A stretch of DNA of 64,000 nt from Candidatus Saccharimonadales bacterium (GTDB lineage: Bacteria; Patescibacteriota; Saccharimonadia; Saccharimonadales; JAYRRP01): contig JAYRIP010000004.1 of assembly GCA_041906765.1 (NCBI GenBank), positions 132,342 to 196,341 of the forward strand, in the 5' to 3' direction. Position numbers and translations under genes: made by a program. The notes under the pieces are model-generated. The model saw only the letters and a program-made list of their open reading frames with translations, did no database searches and had not been told where the DNA came from. Numbering within the stretch: position 1 is the first letter of the stretch; the number at the start of each line of letters is the position of its first letter. Below are positions 46,466-56,142 of this stretch, piece by piece.

Positions 46466-46508
46466 CTACATATAGCGTCTATGATAGGTAGAATAACTCT
46501 ATCACTAG
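46466..46508. promoter_or_regulatory. candidate tandem NrdR boxes upstream of nrdR
   Basis: The minus strand has CTATATGTAG (46466-46475), which matches 9 of 10 core positions of the published NrdR-box core CwAtATaTwG. CTAGTGATAG (46499-46508) matches 7 of 10. The centres are 33 bp apart. Confidence 0.3.
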
Positions 46509-46565
46509 CGCTTTTGCAAGAAATTTGTGGTGTATTATTTATGACGAACTTGCCCAATTTACACC

Positions 46566-47861
46566 TTAAGAAGCATCGTCTGACTCAGAAGTGGACTTGT
46601 CTTTTTCTTGTTTTTGGTCAGAACGCCGTTTTTTGAGCCGACGTAAAAAGGAGGGTTTTTCTAATTCTTGGGCCGCAGCTTCTTCGGTGCCGGTCTCATC
46701 TGTCAATTCATCATTATGCTCGTGATCAAGCGCCCATATGTTGGGGATAGTCGGTTCTTTGTGGAACTCTTCCGAACCGGAAACCTGGGCCTTCTCGTCT
46801 AATTGCATATCGATATTGTCCATGTCGGCCTCTTCTGTCGGTGTCTCAGATTCCTGATGTTTAGAAGGTTTTTCCTCCTTAAGGAGCTTCGACCGGTTAG
46901 CAAAATACGATGCATCAAAACCAGTTGCCACCACAGTAATAATGATTTCCCCTTCCAGTTCTGGGTTGATAGTTGCTCCAAAAATAATATTGGCATCTGG
47001 ATCCGCCGCCGCAGTAATCGTTTCGGCGGCAGCATTAATTTCGTGCATTGACATATCATTGCCACCAATAACGTTAAAGAGAATTCCTCGTGCACCATCA
47101 ATGGATACTTCAAGCAATGGCGATTCGATCGCCTGTTGTGCAGCCTGGATAGCCCGATTCTCTCCACTAGCACGGCCAATCCCCATCAACGCGGAACCCG
47201 CCTCACTCATCACTGTTTTAACATCCGCAAAGTCAAGGTTAATAAGCCCATGCACGGTTATAAGATCTGATATTCCCTGCACTCCTTGACGTAATACGTC
47301 ATCCGCCACCTTAAAGGCTTCCAGAAGAGGGGTTTGCCGATCGATAGTTTGCAGCAAGCGGTCGTTCGGAATAATAATCAATGTATCCACGGCATCACGC
47401 AATCTCTCAATAGCAACCTCAGCATTCTTGCGTCGTTTATCACCCTCGAATGCGAACGGTTTAGTTGCAAATCCTACAACAAGAATTCCCTGTGACTGGG
47501 CCGCCTGGGCAACGACATGCCCTGCGCCACTACCGGTACCTCCGCCAGCGCCAATAGTCACGAAAACCATGTCAGCGCCTTCAACGGCCTTTTTAATGTC
47601 GTCAATTGATTCTTGAGCAGCCTTTTGTCCTACTGCTGGATCCGCGCCCGCACCTAGTCCTCTCGTAGCTTCTTTGCCAATATGGATCTTGGTTTGCGCT
47701 TTCGAATGATGCAGGGCTTGGGCGTCAGTATTAATCGCAACGAACTCCACACCTTCTATACCTGCTTCTATCATGCGATTGATGGCGGCGCCGCCAGCGC
47801 CCCCGACACCAATAACTTTGATACGTGCAAATGTTTCTATCGCCGGATCTACCTGTGGCAT
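46566..47861 (-). CDS. ftsZ: cell division protein FtsZ
   Basis: [17 protein letters not shown] and the tubulin signature [10 protein letters not shown] long acidic linker precedes the C-terminal peptide KPSFLRR and an extended tail. Confidence 0.97.
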   Translation of the reverse strand: MPQVDPAIETFARIKVIGVGGAGGAAINRMIEAGIEGVEFVAINTDAQALHHSKAQTKIHIGKEATRGLGAGADPAVGQKAAQESIDDIKKAVEGADMVFVTIGAGGGTGSGAGHVVAQAAQSQGILVVGFATKPFAFEGDKRRKNAEVAIERLRDAVDTLIIIPNDRLLQTIDRQTPLLEAFKVADDVLRQGVQGISDLITVHGLINLDFADVKTVMSEAGSALMGIGRASGENRAIQAAQQAIESPLLEVSIDGARGILFNVIGGNDMSMHEINAAAETITAAADPDANIIFGATINPELEGEIIITVVATGFDASYFANRSKLLKEEKPSKHQESETPTEEADMDNIDMQLDEKAQVSGSEEFHKEPTIPNIWALDHEHNDELTDETGTEEAAAQELEKPSFLRRLKKRRSDQKQEKDKSTSESDDAS

Positions 47862-47997
47862 ACTGTAAATTTCCTTAAAATATCACCTAAATTTATAGAC
47901 GGAAGTATACCGCAATACTGATTAGCCTTCAATGAACAATTTATAGGAGCTGATAAATTGTCGTATATTTCTGACGAGCAAAATATGTGCACGAAAG

Positions 47998-49233
47998 TCA
48001 GTTACGCTTGAAGCGACGAAGTATCCCGTCGAGTAGACCGAACACACCGGGATTCGGCACTCCCCGTTGCACCAATCCAGTTGCCCCTGGCATCAATAAC
48101 ATGTCTAACAGCATCAATCCTACCACCGTACAATAAGCCGGATCCTGGACGGTATCAATTAAGCCTTCCAGCGGTTGCAATTTACCTATCCTGGCAGCCA
48201 GCTCTAACTTTTCTTTGGCAATTTCTGCAATACCCGGTAGTTTGGCGCTGCCACCCACCAGAACCACACCGCCCGGCAGTTTCCTTGAACGCTGAATTTT
48301 TTTCAATTCCTTATCGACAAAATCAAACAGCTCCTCTACTCTGGCCTCAACAATCATATGAATCTCTTCACCTGAAAATTCATGGCGTTGTTGACTCACT
48401 ACCACTGAGGTTTTACCAGCCTTAGCCCGTTTCCCAAGACCACCGTGATGCAATTTCACAGCTTCAGCAACGTCCAAGTCAGTCTTCAGCCCAATTGCCA
48501 AATCGTTGGTGATATGGATGCCACCAATCGGTATGACAGCAATATGCTGCACTTCTCCATCTTCAATCACTACCAGGTTAGTGGTGCCAGCGCCAATGTC
48601 GAGTAAAACAGTGCCTGATTCTTTTTGCTGTCGGCTTAAAACAGCTTCGGCGGCAGCCAAGCTTGCTACCGTATGATGAGAGGGCGCAACACGGGCTTTT
48701 TCGAGTGCAAGATCGAGATTCCGTAAGTTCGGTGTCGCAGCAGTAACGATATGGGTATCTACTTCTAGACGTACACCTTGCATGCCAACAGGGTTTTTTA
48801 TGTTATCCTGGCCGTCTAAACGATAATTTTTGGCGAAAACCTGGATCATCTCCCGGTTAGGCGGCATTTTCACAATGGTAGCCGCTTCTTCGACCCGCAA
48901 CCTGTCGTCCCCTGTAATCTCCCGATTGGCATTGCTGATCGCGATAACACCTCTTGAGTTCATGCCGCTCACATGAGAGCCGTTGACGTTCACGGTAGCG
49001 TGAGGTATTTGCAGACCAGATACACGTTCAGCCTCCGTCACTGCTTGAACGATTGCTTCTACTACATCGTTCACATGCACTACAATTCCACGGCGCATAC
49101 CTACATTCGGCGCGCTGCCATGACCGATAATAGATAGCCGTTGCTTGTCTACGTCCAACACACCAGCCACACAGCGCACCATGCTTGTGCCAATATCAAG
49201 ACCAAAGAAAGCAGCTTGTGCTTGTTCGCGCAT
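47998..49233 (-). CDS. ftsA: cell division protein FtsA
   Basis: Actin-fold motifs (FGLDIGTSMVRCV; LLDIGAGTTNLVV; VVLVGGSAKLPG). Directly upstream of ftsZ. Confidence 0.95.
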   Translation of the reverse strand: MREQAQAAFFGLDIGTSMVRCVAGVLDVDKQRLSIIGHGSAPNVGMRRGIVVHVNDVVEAIVQAVTEAERVSGLQIPHATVNVNGSHVSGMNSRGVIAISNANREITGDDRLRVEEAATIVKMPPNREMIQVFAKNYRLDGQDNIKNPVGMQGVRLEVDTHIVTAATPNLRNLDLALEKARVAPSHHTVASLAAAEAVLSRQQKESGTVLLDIGAGTTNLVVIEDGEVQHIAVIPIGGIHITNDLAIGLKTDLDVAEAVKLHHGGLGKRAKAGKTSVVVSQQRHEFSGEEIHMIVEARVEELFDFVDKELKKIQRSRKLPGGVVLVGGSAKLPGIAEIAKEKLELAARIGKLQPLEGLIDTVQDPAYCTVVGLMLLDMLLMPGATGLVQRGVPNPGVFGLLDGILRRFKRN

Positions 49234-49239
49234 GGTGGC

Positions 49240-49248
49240 AGTATAGCA
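49240..49248 (-). promoter_or_regulatory. extended -10 promoter (TGCTATACT) of ftsA, leaderless configuration
   Basis: The minus strand reads TATGCTATACTgccaccATG. There are 6 nt to the ATG and no SD. Confidence 0.5.
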
Positions 49249-49272
49249 TATGGACTTTGAGGAGACTGCGCT

Positions 49273-50028
49273 TCAAACGGTGGTAAGAATTTCTGCCCCG
49301 CCCCCTGTCACCAGCACCGTATGCTCAAAATGAGCAGCTATCGAACCATCCCGTGTACGAACTGTCCATCGATCCTTGTCGATATAGACGGCATAGTCCC
49401 CGAGGGTCGCCATAGGTTCAATTGCTATTGTCATGCCACTGCTCAGTCGAAAACCCTTACCGCGCCGTCCATAATTGGGAATGTCCGGCTCTTCATGTAG
49501 GTGGTGACCTACCCCATGACCAACTAAATCACGCACCACTCCAAGCTGTGCACTAGTCAGATGCCGTTCAATTGCATAGCCAATATCACCTGTCATTGCA
49601 CCGTCCCGCACCATCTCTATACCTTTCATAAGGCTGCGTTGGGTCGCATCGACAAGCTCTCGGTGTTTTCTCTCTCGTTCCTTGCCTATAATTACAGTGA
49701 TGGCACCGTCCGTAATCATGCCGTTCACTATTACGCCAAAATCCAATCCTACTACATCCCCTTCTTGAAGAATTTGCTGGTGCGAAGGTATGCCATGTAC
49801 CACCGCATCATTAATTGAGGTACACAATACATCGGGAAAGCCCTGATATCCCAAGAAAGCTGGTTCGCCCCCCAAAGCCTGCAACTCTTTAGCGGCAATA
49901 TCTGCAAGCTCTTTGGTAGTACTGCCAACCGCTGCCTGTCGGCGAAGCAAATCAAGTACTGTTGCCAACATCTTTCCACTTACACGCATAGCATCAATCT
50001 CTGTGGCACTCTTCACAACAGTTACCAT
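49273..50028 (-). CDS. map: methionine aminopeptidase, type I
   Basis: VVHGIP, GDVVGLDFG, GHGVGHHLHEEP, TIAIEP, EHTVLVT metal-ligand blocks. Confidence 0.97.
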   Translation of the reverse strand: MVTVVKSATEIDAMRVSGKMLATVLDLLRRQAAVGSTTKELADIAAKELQALGGEPAFLGYQGFPDVLCTSINDAVVHGIPSHQQILQEGDVVGLDFGVIVNGMITDGAITVIIGKERERKHRELVDATQRSLMKGIEMVRDGAMTGDIGYAIERHLTSAQLGVVRDLVGHGVGHHLHEEPDIPNYGRRGKGFRLSSGMTIAIEPMATLGDYAVYIDKDRWTVRTRDGSIAAHFEHTVLVTGGGAEILTTV

Positions 50029-50038
50029 TTGCTTTCTC

Positions 50039-50572
50039 CTATTCGTTCAGATTGTCCAAGACAGTTTGATGCACTGAATCGACTGGTTTCTCACCATCAA
50101 CGTCAAGCACCGGTATCCCCGCTTGCTTGAAATGATCAAGGATAGGCTTGAGGGTGGTTTCGAACTCCTGAAAACGTTCCGCCATAGCCTCCTGAGTGTC
50201 GTCTGGTCGCCCCCGTTGTAATAACCGCTTTGTAACCGTTTCTTGTGACGCGACTAGATGAATGACTTTTGCAGGACTGATTTGTTGATGTTTGACCTGA
50301 GTAACCAGCCAATCGGCCTGGGCTGTGCTACGCGGGAACCCATCAAGAACAAATTCTTCTTTAGGATTAATGATACCCATGATGCGCTGCACCAGGTTAA
50401 TTATTTCTTCATCAGGCAATAACTTACCGGCAATCATTTCCTTGCGGCGTTCGCCAGAAACCAGCATGCGCAAGAATTCTCCGGTAGATAACCAGGGTAA
50501 TGCCAACTCGTCGGCTAAAAGTCTCCCCTGAATACTCTTTCCTGAACCAGCAACGCCCATGAATATTATCAT
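50039..50572 (-). CDS. adk: adenylate kinase (short, lid-less form)
   Basis: P-loop MGVAGSGKSIQG, then STGEFLR and DGFPRSTAQA. At 177 aa there is no zinc lid. Confidence 0.88.
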   Translation of the reverse strand: MIIFMGVAGSGKSIQGRLLADELALPWLSTGEFLRMLVSGERRKEMIAGKLLPDEEIINLVQRIMGIINPKEEFVLDGFPRSTAQADWLVTQVKHQQISPAKVIHLVASQETVTKRLLQRGRPDDTQEAMAERFQEFETTLKPILDHFKQAGIPVLDVDGEKPVDSVHQTVLDNLNE

Positions 50573-51027
50573 TTGGCTAGTTCCTCTTTTACTATCTGCG
50601 CGATCCGGGCTCCATCCGCACGTGCTCCTACTTCTTTCTTGACCTGTCCGATTGCTCTTCCCAAGGCGCTTGGTCCCTCCTCATTAATTGTATCTACTAC
50701 TCTGTTCACTACCTGACGAAGTTCCTCGTCAGTTAACTGTTTAGGTAAATATCCTTCTATCACCTCTTTTTCAGCCAGTTCTGCCTGTTCCTTTTCCTTA
50801 TTACCGCCTTGGGCATATAAATCAGCGCTTTCCTGACGCTTTTTCGCCTCTTTCTGTAAGAGTGAGACAAGTTCCCCTTCGTCTAATCCTTGCTCACGTT
50901 TACCAGCCGCCACTTCAGCATAGAGGATGGCACTTTTTAGGCCCCTTAATGTAGTTACCAATTGGCTATCGCGCGCCAACATCGCGGATTTAAGATCCTG
51001 GTCTATCTGTTTTTTTAGCTCTGCCAT
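50569..51027 (-). CDS. GatB/YqeY domain-containing protein
   Basis: MAELKKQIDQDLKSAMLARD...LRGLKSAILYAEV...EKEVIEGYLPKQLTDEEL is typical YqeY. I chose the ATG at 51027. Confidence 0.85.
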   Translation of the reverse strand: MAELKKQIDQDLKSAMLARDSQLVTTLRGLKSAILYAEVAAGKREQGLDEGELVSLLQKEAKKRQESADLYAQGGNKEKEQAELAEKEVIEGYLPKQLTDEELRQVVNRVVDTINEEGPSALGRAIGQVKKEVGARADGARIAQIVKEELAK

Positions 51028-51088
51028 ATCAGAGATAAGTGTAGCAGAGCTACCAGTTTCCATCAAAAGCCGTTTCAGACTGCAATTG

Positions 51089-51304
51089 CTAACGCAAACC
51101 GAGCTTAATGCGCTTGAGCTTCACGGCTTTGCGTTGCCGCCGCAGTATTGCTTTATGACGCCGCTCGCGCTTGCTTATCGGCTTTTCGAAGTACTGCTTC
51201 TGTTTCACCACTGCCAAAGCCCCGGATTGTTGAACTTTCCTGTTAAAACGACGTAACAGGCTTTCCAGTGATTCTTTCGGGTCTTTTTTCGTAACTACTA
51301 TCAT
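51089..51304 (-). CDS. rpsU: 30S ribosomal protein S21
   Basis: ESLESLLRRFNRKVQQSGAL...YFEKPSxKRxR-type sequence (YFEKPISKRERRHKA). Confidence 0.92.
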   Translation of the reverse strand: MIVVTKKDPKESLESLLRRFNRKVQQSGALAVVKQKQYFEKPISKRERRHKAILRRQRKAVKLKRIKLGLR

Positions 51305-51346
51305 TCTTAAAAAGTTATTATACGCTGCTATTACTTATCTGGCAAG

Positions 51347-51640
51347 TTACTGGGAACCCTGCTGGCGTTTTTGGTTTAATCGTTGTGATTTTAATACTAT
51401 GCTTTGGAGTTCTTTAAAAATCGCAAAGTGCTTATTGGTATAGTAAACTTTCGTATTTCCCTGTTTTTCAGAAATTAAAAAGCCTATTTTCTCCAAGCGC
51501 TTCAGTTCGCGCTGGATATTGCCAGCATCTTCTTTAATCAGTTTCGCCAAACCACGCACATGCGTTTTGAAGTCTGGATATTTGGCGTAAACTACAATTA
51601 TTTTCCGTCGTACGCGTGAAGTGATAAATACGTCTAACAT
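51347..51640 (-). CDS. small winged-helix (ArsR/PadR-like) transcriptional regulator
   Basis: 97 aa. VRGLAKLIKEDAGNIQRELKRLEKIGFLISEKQGNTKVYYTN shows an HTH plus wing pattern. Confidence 0.65.
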   Translation of the reverse strand: MLDVFITSRVRRKIIVVYAKYPDFKTHVRGLAKLIKEDAGNIQRELKRLEKIGFLISEKQGNTKVYYTNKHFAIFKELQSIVLKSQRLNQKRQQGSQ

Positions 51641-51731
51641 AAGCTCTTATTGTTATTCGAACAACGTAAAGTATAAAGACTTGGCCAGCATATTTCAAAC
51701 TTTTTCGCTAAATAAGAATATACTAAGGCTC

Positions 51732-53702
51732 GTGCAGTATTACGAAGTGGGGGTGAACAGCTCGAAATATCAAGGCCGCGATGCTTTAACCTACGCGTCT
51801 TCTCAGCCGCTCAAAGAAGGTGCAGTGGTAGTCGTTCCTTTGCGTCAGGCGCATGTACTCGGTGTCGTGCTGCACAAAACCAGTCGGACAGGTACTTTTC
51901 GGACCAAACCGATCAGTCGTATTTTGCCCATACAGTTGCCCAGCAGAAGTTTGGAATTACTCAATTGGTGCCGGCAATATTACCCAGCAGGGATCAGTTC
52001 ACATGTGTCGCTCTTTTTGCCGCAAGCCCTAATGACTGCTCCACGAATCAAAGCACGGGAAACACGAACTGCTCAACCGTCAACACTGACAGAAAAACCT
52101 TACGCCCTACCCCATTTAACTACCGAGCAACAGACCGCCCTCAAGACAATAAATAAGCACATCCAGAGTCATGAACGTACCACTATCATGTTGCACGGAA
52201 GAACAGGAAGCGGCAAAACAAGAATATATTTAGAACTAGCCAAACAGACTTTAGCAGACAACCGGAGTGTTTTAGTCCTTACTCCAGAAATTGGGTTGAC
52301 TTCACCGCTTGCCACCTTTTTTCGAGCGCATATACAACAAAAAGTTATTCTTATCCACTCAGGCATTACACCTGCCGTACGCCGTGACCGTTGGCTGGAA
52401 GCACTTGACGGTGATAATCCTAAAGTTATTATCGGGCCACGTTCTGCCCTTTTTACACCGTTACGTAACATTGGTCTAATTGTCATCGATGAAGCGCATG
52501 ACGGTGCTTACAAGCAAGACCAACTACCTCGGTACCAAACTTTGCGTGTAGCAGGTACCCTTGCAGCTATCCACTCAGCGACACTCATTATGGGTTCGGC
52601 AACACCCCTAGTAAGTGATTATTACCTAATGGAGGCGAAAGGCCTCCCAATTATTCGCTTGCTGGAATTAGCTGCCGGCACCGCCGCTCCGCCCCAGATC
52701 GAAATCGTCTCTAGTCGGGACAGAGACCACTTTAGTACCCATCCCTACTTGTCCAACCAGCTTATTACCGCTGTTCATCAAGCACTCAAAGAGAAGCGCC
52801 AGGTACTGCTATTTCTCAACCGACGCGGAACTGCACAATTAGTTGTCTGCCAGAACTGCGGATGGCAAGCCCTTTGTCCCCGCTGTGACATTCCGCTCAC
52901 CTATCATGGAGATACTCATCACATGCAATGCCATACTTGCGGGCTTAGGCAAGAAGCTCCAGCTGGCTGCCCGAAATGTAGCAGTGCCGACATACTCTTT
53001 AAAAGCGCCGGCACAAAAGCAATCGAGACTTATGCACAAAAATTATTTCCAGAAGCCACCATACGCCGTTTTGACACAGATAATCGCCGTGTAGAAAGCC
53101 TAGAGCAATCCTTTGAGGAGATCAAATCGGGAAAGATTAATATCCTCATAGGCACCCAGATACTTGCTAAAGGCCTTGACTTACCGCTACTAGGGACAGT
53201 GGGTGTCCTGGCTGCTGACACTGGCCTGTATTTTCCTGACTATACTGCTGAAGAACAAACTTATCAGCTACTCTCCCAAGTTATTGGCCGGGTTAATCGC
53301 GGACATACACCAGGTAAAGTGGTCATTCAAACTTTCATGCCCGACAATTCGATTCTATCTGCAGCAATCAAGGACAACTGGCAGTCCTTTTATAAAGCTC
53401 AGATTGATGAACGAAAACGTTTCTTATTTCCACCTTTCTGCTTCATCTTAAAACTTAGCGTTGCCAGAAAGTCCAAACCGGCCGCCGCTCGTGCTTGCCA
53501 AGCTATGGTCGTTATTCTGCAAGACTTGCACCTCAAGCAAACGGTTATCCAGGGCCCGGCGCCACGTTTCATCGAGCGAGCCGGTGGCAAATACCACCAG
53601 CAAATTATCGTGAAAGCAAAAGATCGGAGCGAATTACTAAAGATTATTCCCCGCCTTCCGAGCGGTTGGCATTATGATCTTGACCCCCTGCATTTACTTT
53701 AA
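51732..53702 (+). CDS. priA: primosomal protein N' (replication restart helicase PriA)
   Basis: Walker A HGRTGSGKT, DEAH box (VIDEAHD), and a Cys4+Cys4 zinc insert (CQNCGW...CPRCD...CHTCG...CPKCSS). I prefer GTG 51732 (VQYYEVGV), which lies 7 nt after TATACT. The ORF-track start 51621 would overlap the divergent regulator gene. Confidence 0.9.
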   Translation: MQYYEVGVNSSKYQGRDALTYASSQPLKEGAVVVVPLRQAHVLGVVLHKTSRTGTFRTKPISRILPIQLPSRSLELLNWCRQYYPAGISSHVSLFLPQALMTAPRIKARETRTAQPSTLTEKPYALPHLTTEQQTALKTINKHIQSHERTTIMLHGRTGSGKTRIYLELAKQTLADNRSVLVLTPEIGLTSPLATFFRAHIQQKVILIHSGITPAVRRDRWLEALDGDNPKVIIGPRSALFTPLRNIGLIVIDEAHDGAYKQDQLPRYQTLRVAGTLAAIHSATLIMGSATPLVSDYYLMEAKGLPIIRLLELAAGTAAPPQIEIVSSRDRDHFSTHPYLSNQLITAVHQALKEKRQVLLFLNRRGTAQLVVCQNCGWQALCPRCDIPLTYHGDTHHMQCHTCGLRQEAPAGCPKCSSADILFKSAGTKAIETYAQKLFPEATIRRFDTDNRRVESLEQSFEEIKSGKINILIGTQILAKGLDLPLLGTVGVLAADTGLYFPDYTAEEQTYQLLSQVIGRVNRGHTPGKVVIQTFMPDNSILSAAIKDNWQSFYKAQIDERKRFLFPPFCFILKLSVARKSKPAAARACQAMVVILQDLHLKQTVIQGPAPRFIERAGGKYHQQIIVKAKDRSELLKIIPRLPSGWHYDLDPLHLL

Positions 53703-53743
53703 CCATACGCCTGGAAGGTGTTTTGCTTTATACTATCTCGTAA

Positions 53744-54322
53744 ATGGCCCTAAAGAAAAGTGACATCATCACTCTGCCCCACCCGGATTTGCGAAAAAGG
53801 TCACAAAAAGTCGGCCTTGTTACGCCAAAAATCCGACAGCTTGTGAAAGATATGGAGACAGCAACTCTTGATTGGGAGGACAGCCGCAAACATGAAATTG
53901 GTGTAGCCTTGGCTGCAGTGCAAATTGATCATTTACTTCGTATTATCATCATCCGCAACAACCTGGAAAATAAGCAGGACCGCAGTTTCGCAACTTTTAT
54001 TAACCCGGTGATTACCAAGCGTGAGGGCAAGATCAGCTCTGACTTTGAAGGCTGTCTCAGTATCAAAGATATTTACGGAAAAGTCCCTCGGTATGAAACG
54101 GTAAGAGTCAAGGCACTTGACCTGAAGGGCCAAGAGTTCCGGGTTACTGCTCAAGGCTTCCTTGCCCGTGTCTTTCAGCATGAAATTGATCATATGAATG
54201 GCAAGGTGTTTATTGATCATATTAAGGATGATCCGGAGGCATTTTTTCGACTCGAAAAAGACGGTAAATTAACTCAACTGGACTATGAAAAAAATATCCG
54301 AGACAATCGTATTCTTTGGTAG
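53744..54322 (+). CDS. def: peptide deformylase
   Basis: Motif 1 GVALAAVQI, motif 2 EGCLS, motif 3 HEIDHMNG. Confidence 0.95.
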   Translation: MALKKSDIITLPHPDLRKRSQKVGLVTPKIRQLVKDMETATLDWEDSRKHEIGVALAAVQIDHLLRIIIIRNNLENKQDRSFATFINPVITKREGKISSDFEGCLSIKDIYGKVPRYETVRVKALDLKGQEFRVTAQGFLARVFQHEIDHMNGKVFIDHIKDDPEAFFRLEKDGKLTQLDYEKNIRDNRILW

Positions 54323-55211
54323 CGGACCCGTAGCCGCCCAATCACTTGAACTTCTCTCGAGAGACTTCAATGTGGAGGCAGTAATTACAAAACCGAAACC
54401 TCCGCACCATCGCGGGGAATTTCCGGTGTTAAAGGTAGCTGATAAACTCGGTTTGCCTATGCTGCTTGCCGAAGATAAGCGCAGTCTTGACGACCTCATG
54501 GCGAACCAACAACTCAAAAGTAAAGTCGCGGTTTTGGTTGACTTCGGCATCATTGTGAGCCGTAAGGTTATCAACTATTTTCCTGGAGGTATTGTAAATA
54601 GTCACTTTTCGCTTCTGCCTCGCTGGCGAGGCGCGGATCCAATATCGTTTACTATTCTTGCAGGTGATAAGAAAACAGGTGTCAGCCTGATGCTGATTGA
54701 CGAGGGCATGGATACCGGCAAACTTATCGGGCAGAAAAACCTGCCTATTGCCCCTGATGCTACCACACCGTCGTTAACTCATGAACTTATCAATCTTAGC
54801 CAGGCAATGCTTATTGACTACCTACCACGTTATCTTGAGGGTGAGATTACGCCTCGCAGCCAGCCCCACCCTTCCAGAGCTACGTATTCACGTAAACTTA
54901 CCAAAGCTGATGGTGTTATCGACTGGGAAAAACCTGCCGAGCAAATCGAGCGGGAAATCCGTGCCTTTATTGAGTGGCCGAAAAGCCGGACTGTGTTCGG
55001 TGGCAAAGAAGTGATTATCACCCAAGCTCACGCGATACCCTCTAATCATCCAGAGAAACAACCTGGTGATATCGAAGTTATAGAAGATACGGGAATACTC
55101 ATGGTTGAAAACAGCGAGGGCTACTTATGTATTGATAAGATCAAACCAGCCGGCAAGCGCGAGATGTCGGCACGTGAATTTCTGACCGGTTATGGCCACC
55201 TATTGGGCTGA
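54285..55211 (+). CDS. fmt: methionyl-tRNA formyltransferase
   Basis: IVFFGSGP..., NSHFSLLPRWRGADPI, and a C-terminal beta-barrel domain. Overlaps the def 3' end. Confidence 0.95.
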   Translation: MKKISETIVFFGSGPVAAQSLELLSRDFNVEAVITKPKPPHHRGEFPVLKVADKLGLPMLLAEDKRSLDDLMANQQLKSKVAVLVDFGIIVSRKVINYFPGGIVNSHFSLLPRWRGADPISFTILAGDKKTGVSLMLIDEGMDTGKLIGQKNLPIAPDATTPSLTHELINLSQAMLIDYLPRYLEGEITPRSQPHPSRATYSRKLTKADGVIDWEKPAEQIEREIRAFIEWPKSRTVFGGKEVIITQAHAIPSNHPEKQPGDIEVIEDTGILMVENSEGYLCIDKIKPAGKREMSAREFLTGYGHLLG

Positions 55212-55538
55212 CGGTGGCTGTTGTGAGCGCTGACTCTCTGCCACTATCTGGGGTGCAGCAGCCTTTATCTCACTCTTTAGCCGATCGAGTTCATCACTCA
55301 CTACCTGCTTGTAGTCAGGAAAATTAGTTTCAAGCCATTTGAGTGAACCTGCGTCGTCGTTCCGCTCTACAAACCCTTCGAATTCTTCAAGTTGCTGCGG
55401 GCTCATCTGAGAAGCTAGACGTTTTCCAACCCGCATCTCAAGTGAGTCATAGATATGTCTGAGCATCACATTCTTCTCTTGGGGTGGGAGTGCTCCCAGG
55501 CCAAGTTCCTTAAGCAAATTATCATCAAGCTTAAACAT
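55200..55538 (-). CDS. hypothetical protein, DUF5663-like
   Basis: MFKLDDNLLKELGLGALPPQEKNVMLRHIYDSLEMRVGKRLASQMSPQQLEEFE matches my recollection of that family. I chose the ATG at 55538. The 3' end overlaps the fmt 3' end by 12 nt. Confidence 0.55.
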   Translation of the reverse strand: MFKLDDNLLKELGLGALPPQEKNVMLRHIYDSLEMRVGKRLASQMSPQQLEEFEGFVERNDDAGSLKWLETNFPDYKQVVSDELDRLKSEIKAAAPQIVAESQRSQQPPSAQ

Positions 55539-55566
55539 GTAGACATTCCTCCTAATACTTCTTGAG

Positions 55567-56124
55567 TTATTGTAGCAAAAGCCAGGCAATTCCTGCTAAT
55601 CCCATAACTATAAGCGCCACTACTGATCCGGCTATTGCCGATCGCCTATACAGTGCAGAGCGAGCACTCTGGCGAAATAGTTGGCTCACACGGGACTGGC
55701 TGCCTGTCTTGCTATCTGTTCCTTCCTCCGCCGCTTCCACCGTCGCTAGTGTCCACTTTTCGGCTAAACGCCTCTTATGTTCTGCCAGCTCCTGTTGCTT
55801 GATCTGCAACTCATCTGCACTTCTGTTATTTGGCCCCAAGGACGAAGGTACGCCCATTTCAGGTGACACCTCCGGTTCATTAGCAATTTCGTATCGCATT
55901 ACTTGGTTAATGCCTGCCTCAGGGTCAGATGTAACCTGCTCCAAAGCAACAAACTGATCCAGCATCCTTTTTAATGCTGCTCGTAGAAAAAGCGCTACAT
56001 TTTGGGCATAGTCAGGCAAATATTTATCATACGAAACTTGATTAAGTCGGGAACGCGAAAGCCAGGATTGAAAAAAACTAGGCTTTTGTTCATCACTAGA
56101 GTTCTGCTGGCCATTACCATCCAT
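55567..56124 (-). CDS. hypothetical tail-anchored membrane protein
   Basis: 185 aa. The N-terminal approximately 160 residues are soluble, with a single C-terminal TM (IAGSVVALIVMGLAGIAWLLL). No motif recognised. Confidence 0.5.
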   Translation of the reverse strand: MDGNGQQNSSDEQKPSFFQSWLSRSRLNQVSYDKYLPDYAQNVALFLRAALKRMLDQFVALEQVTSDPEAGINQVMRYEIANEPEVSPEMGVPSSLGPNNRSADELQIKQQELAEHKRRLAEKWTLATVEAAEEGTDSKTGSQSRVSQLFRQSARSALYRRSAIAGSVVALIVMGLAGIAWLLLQ

Positions 56125-56142
56125 CTTAGGCTACCCTGCCTG

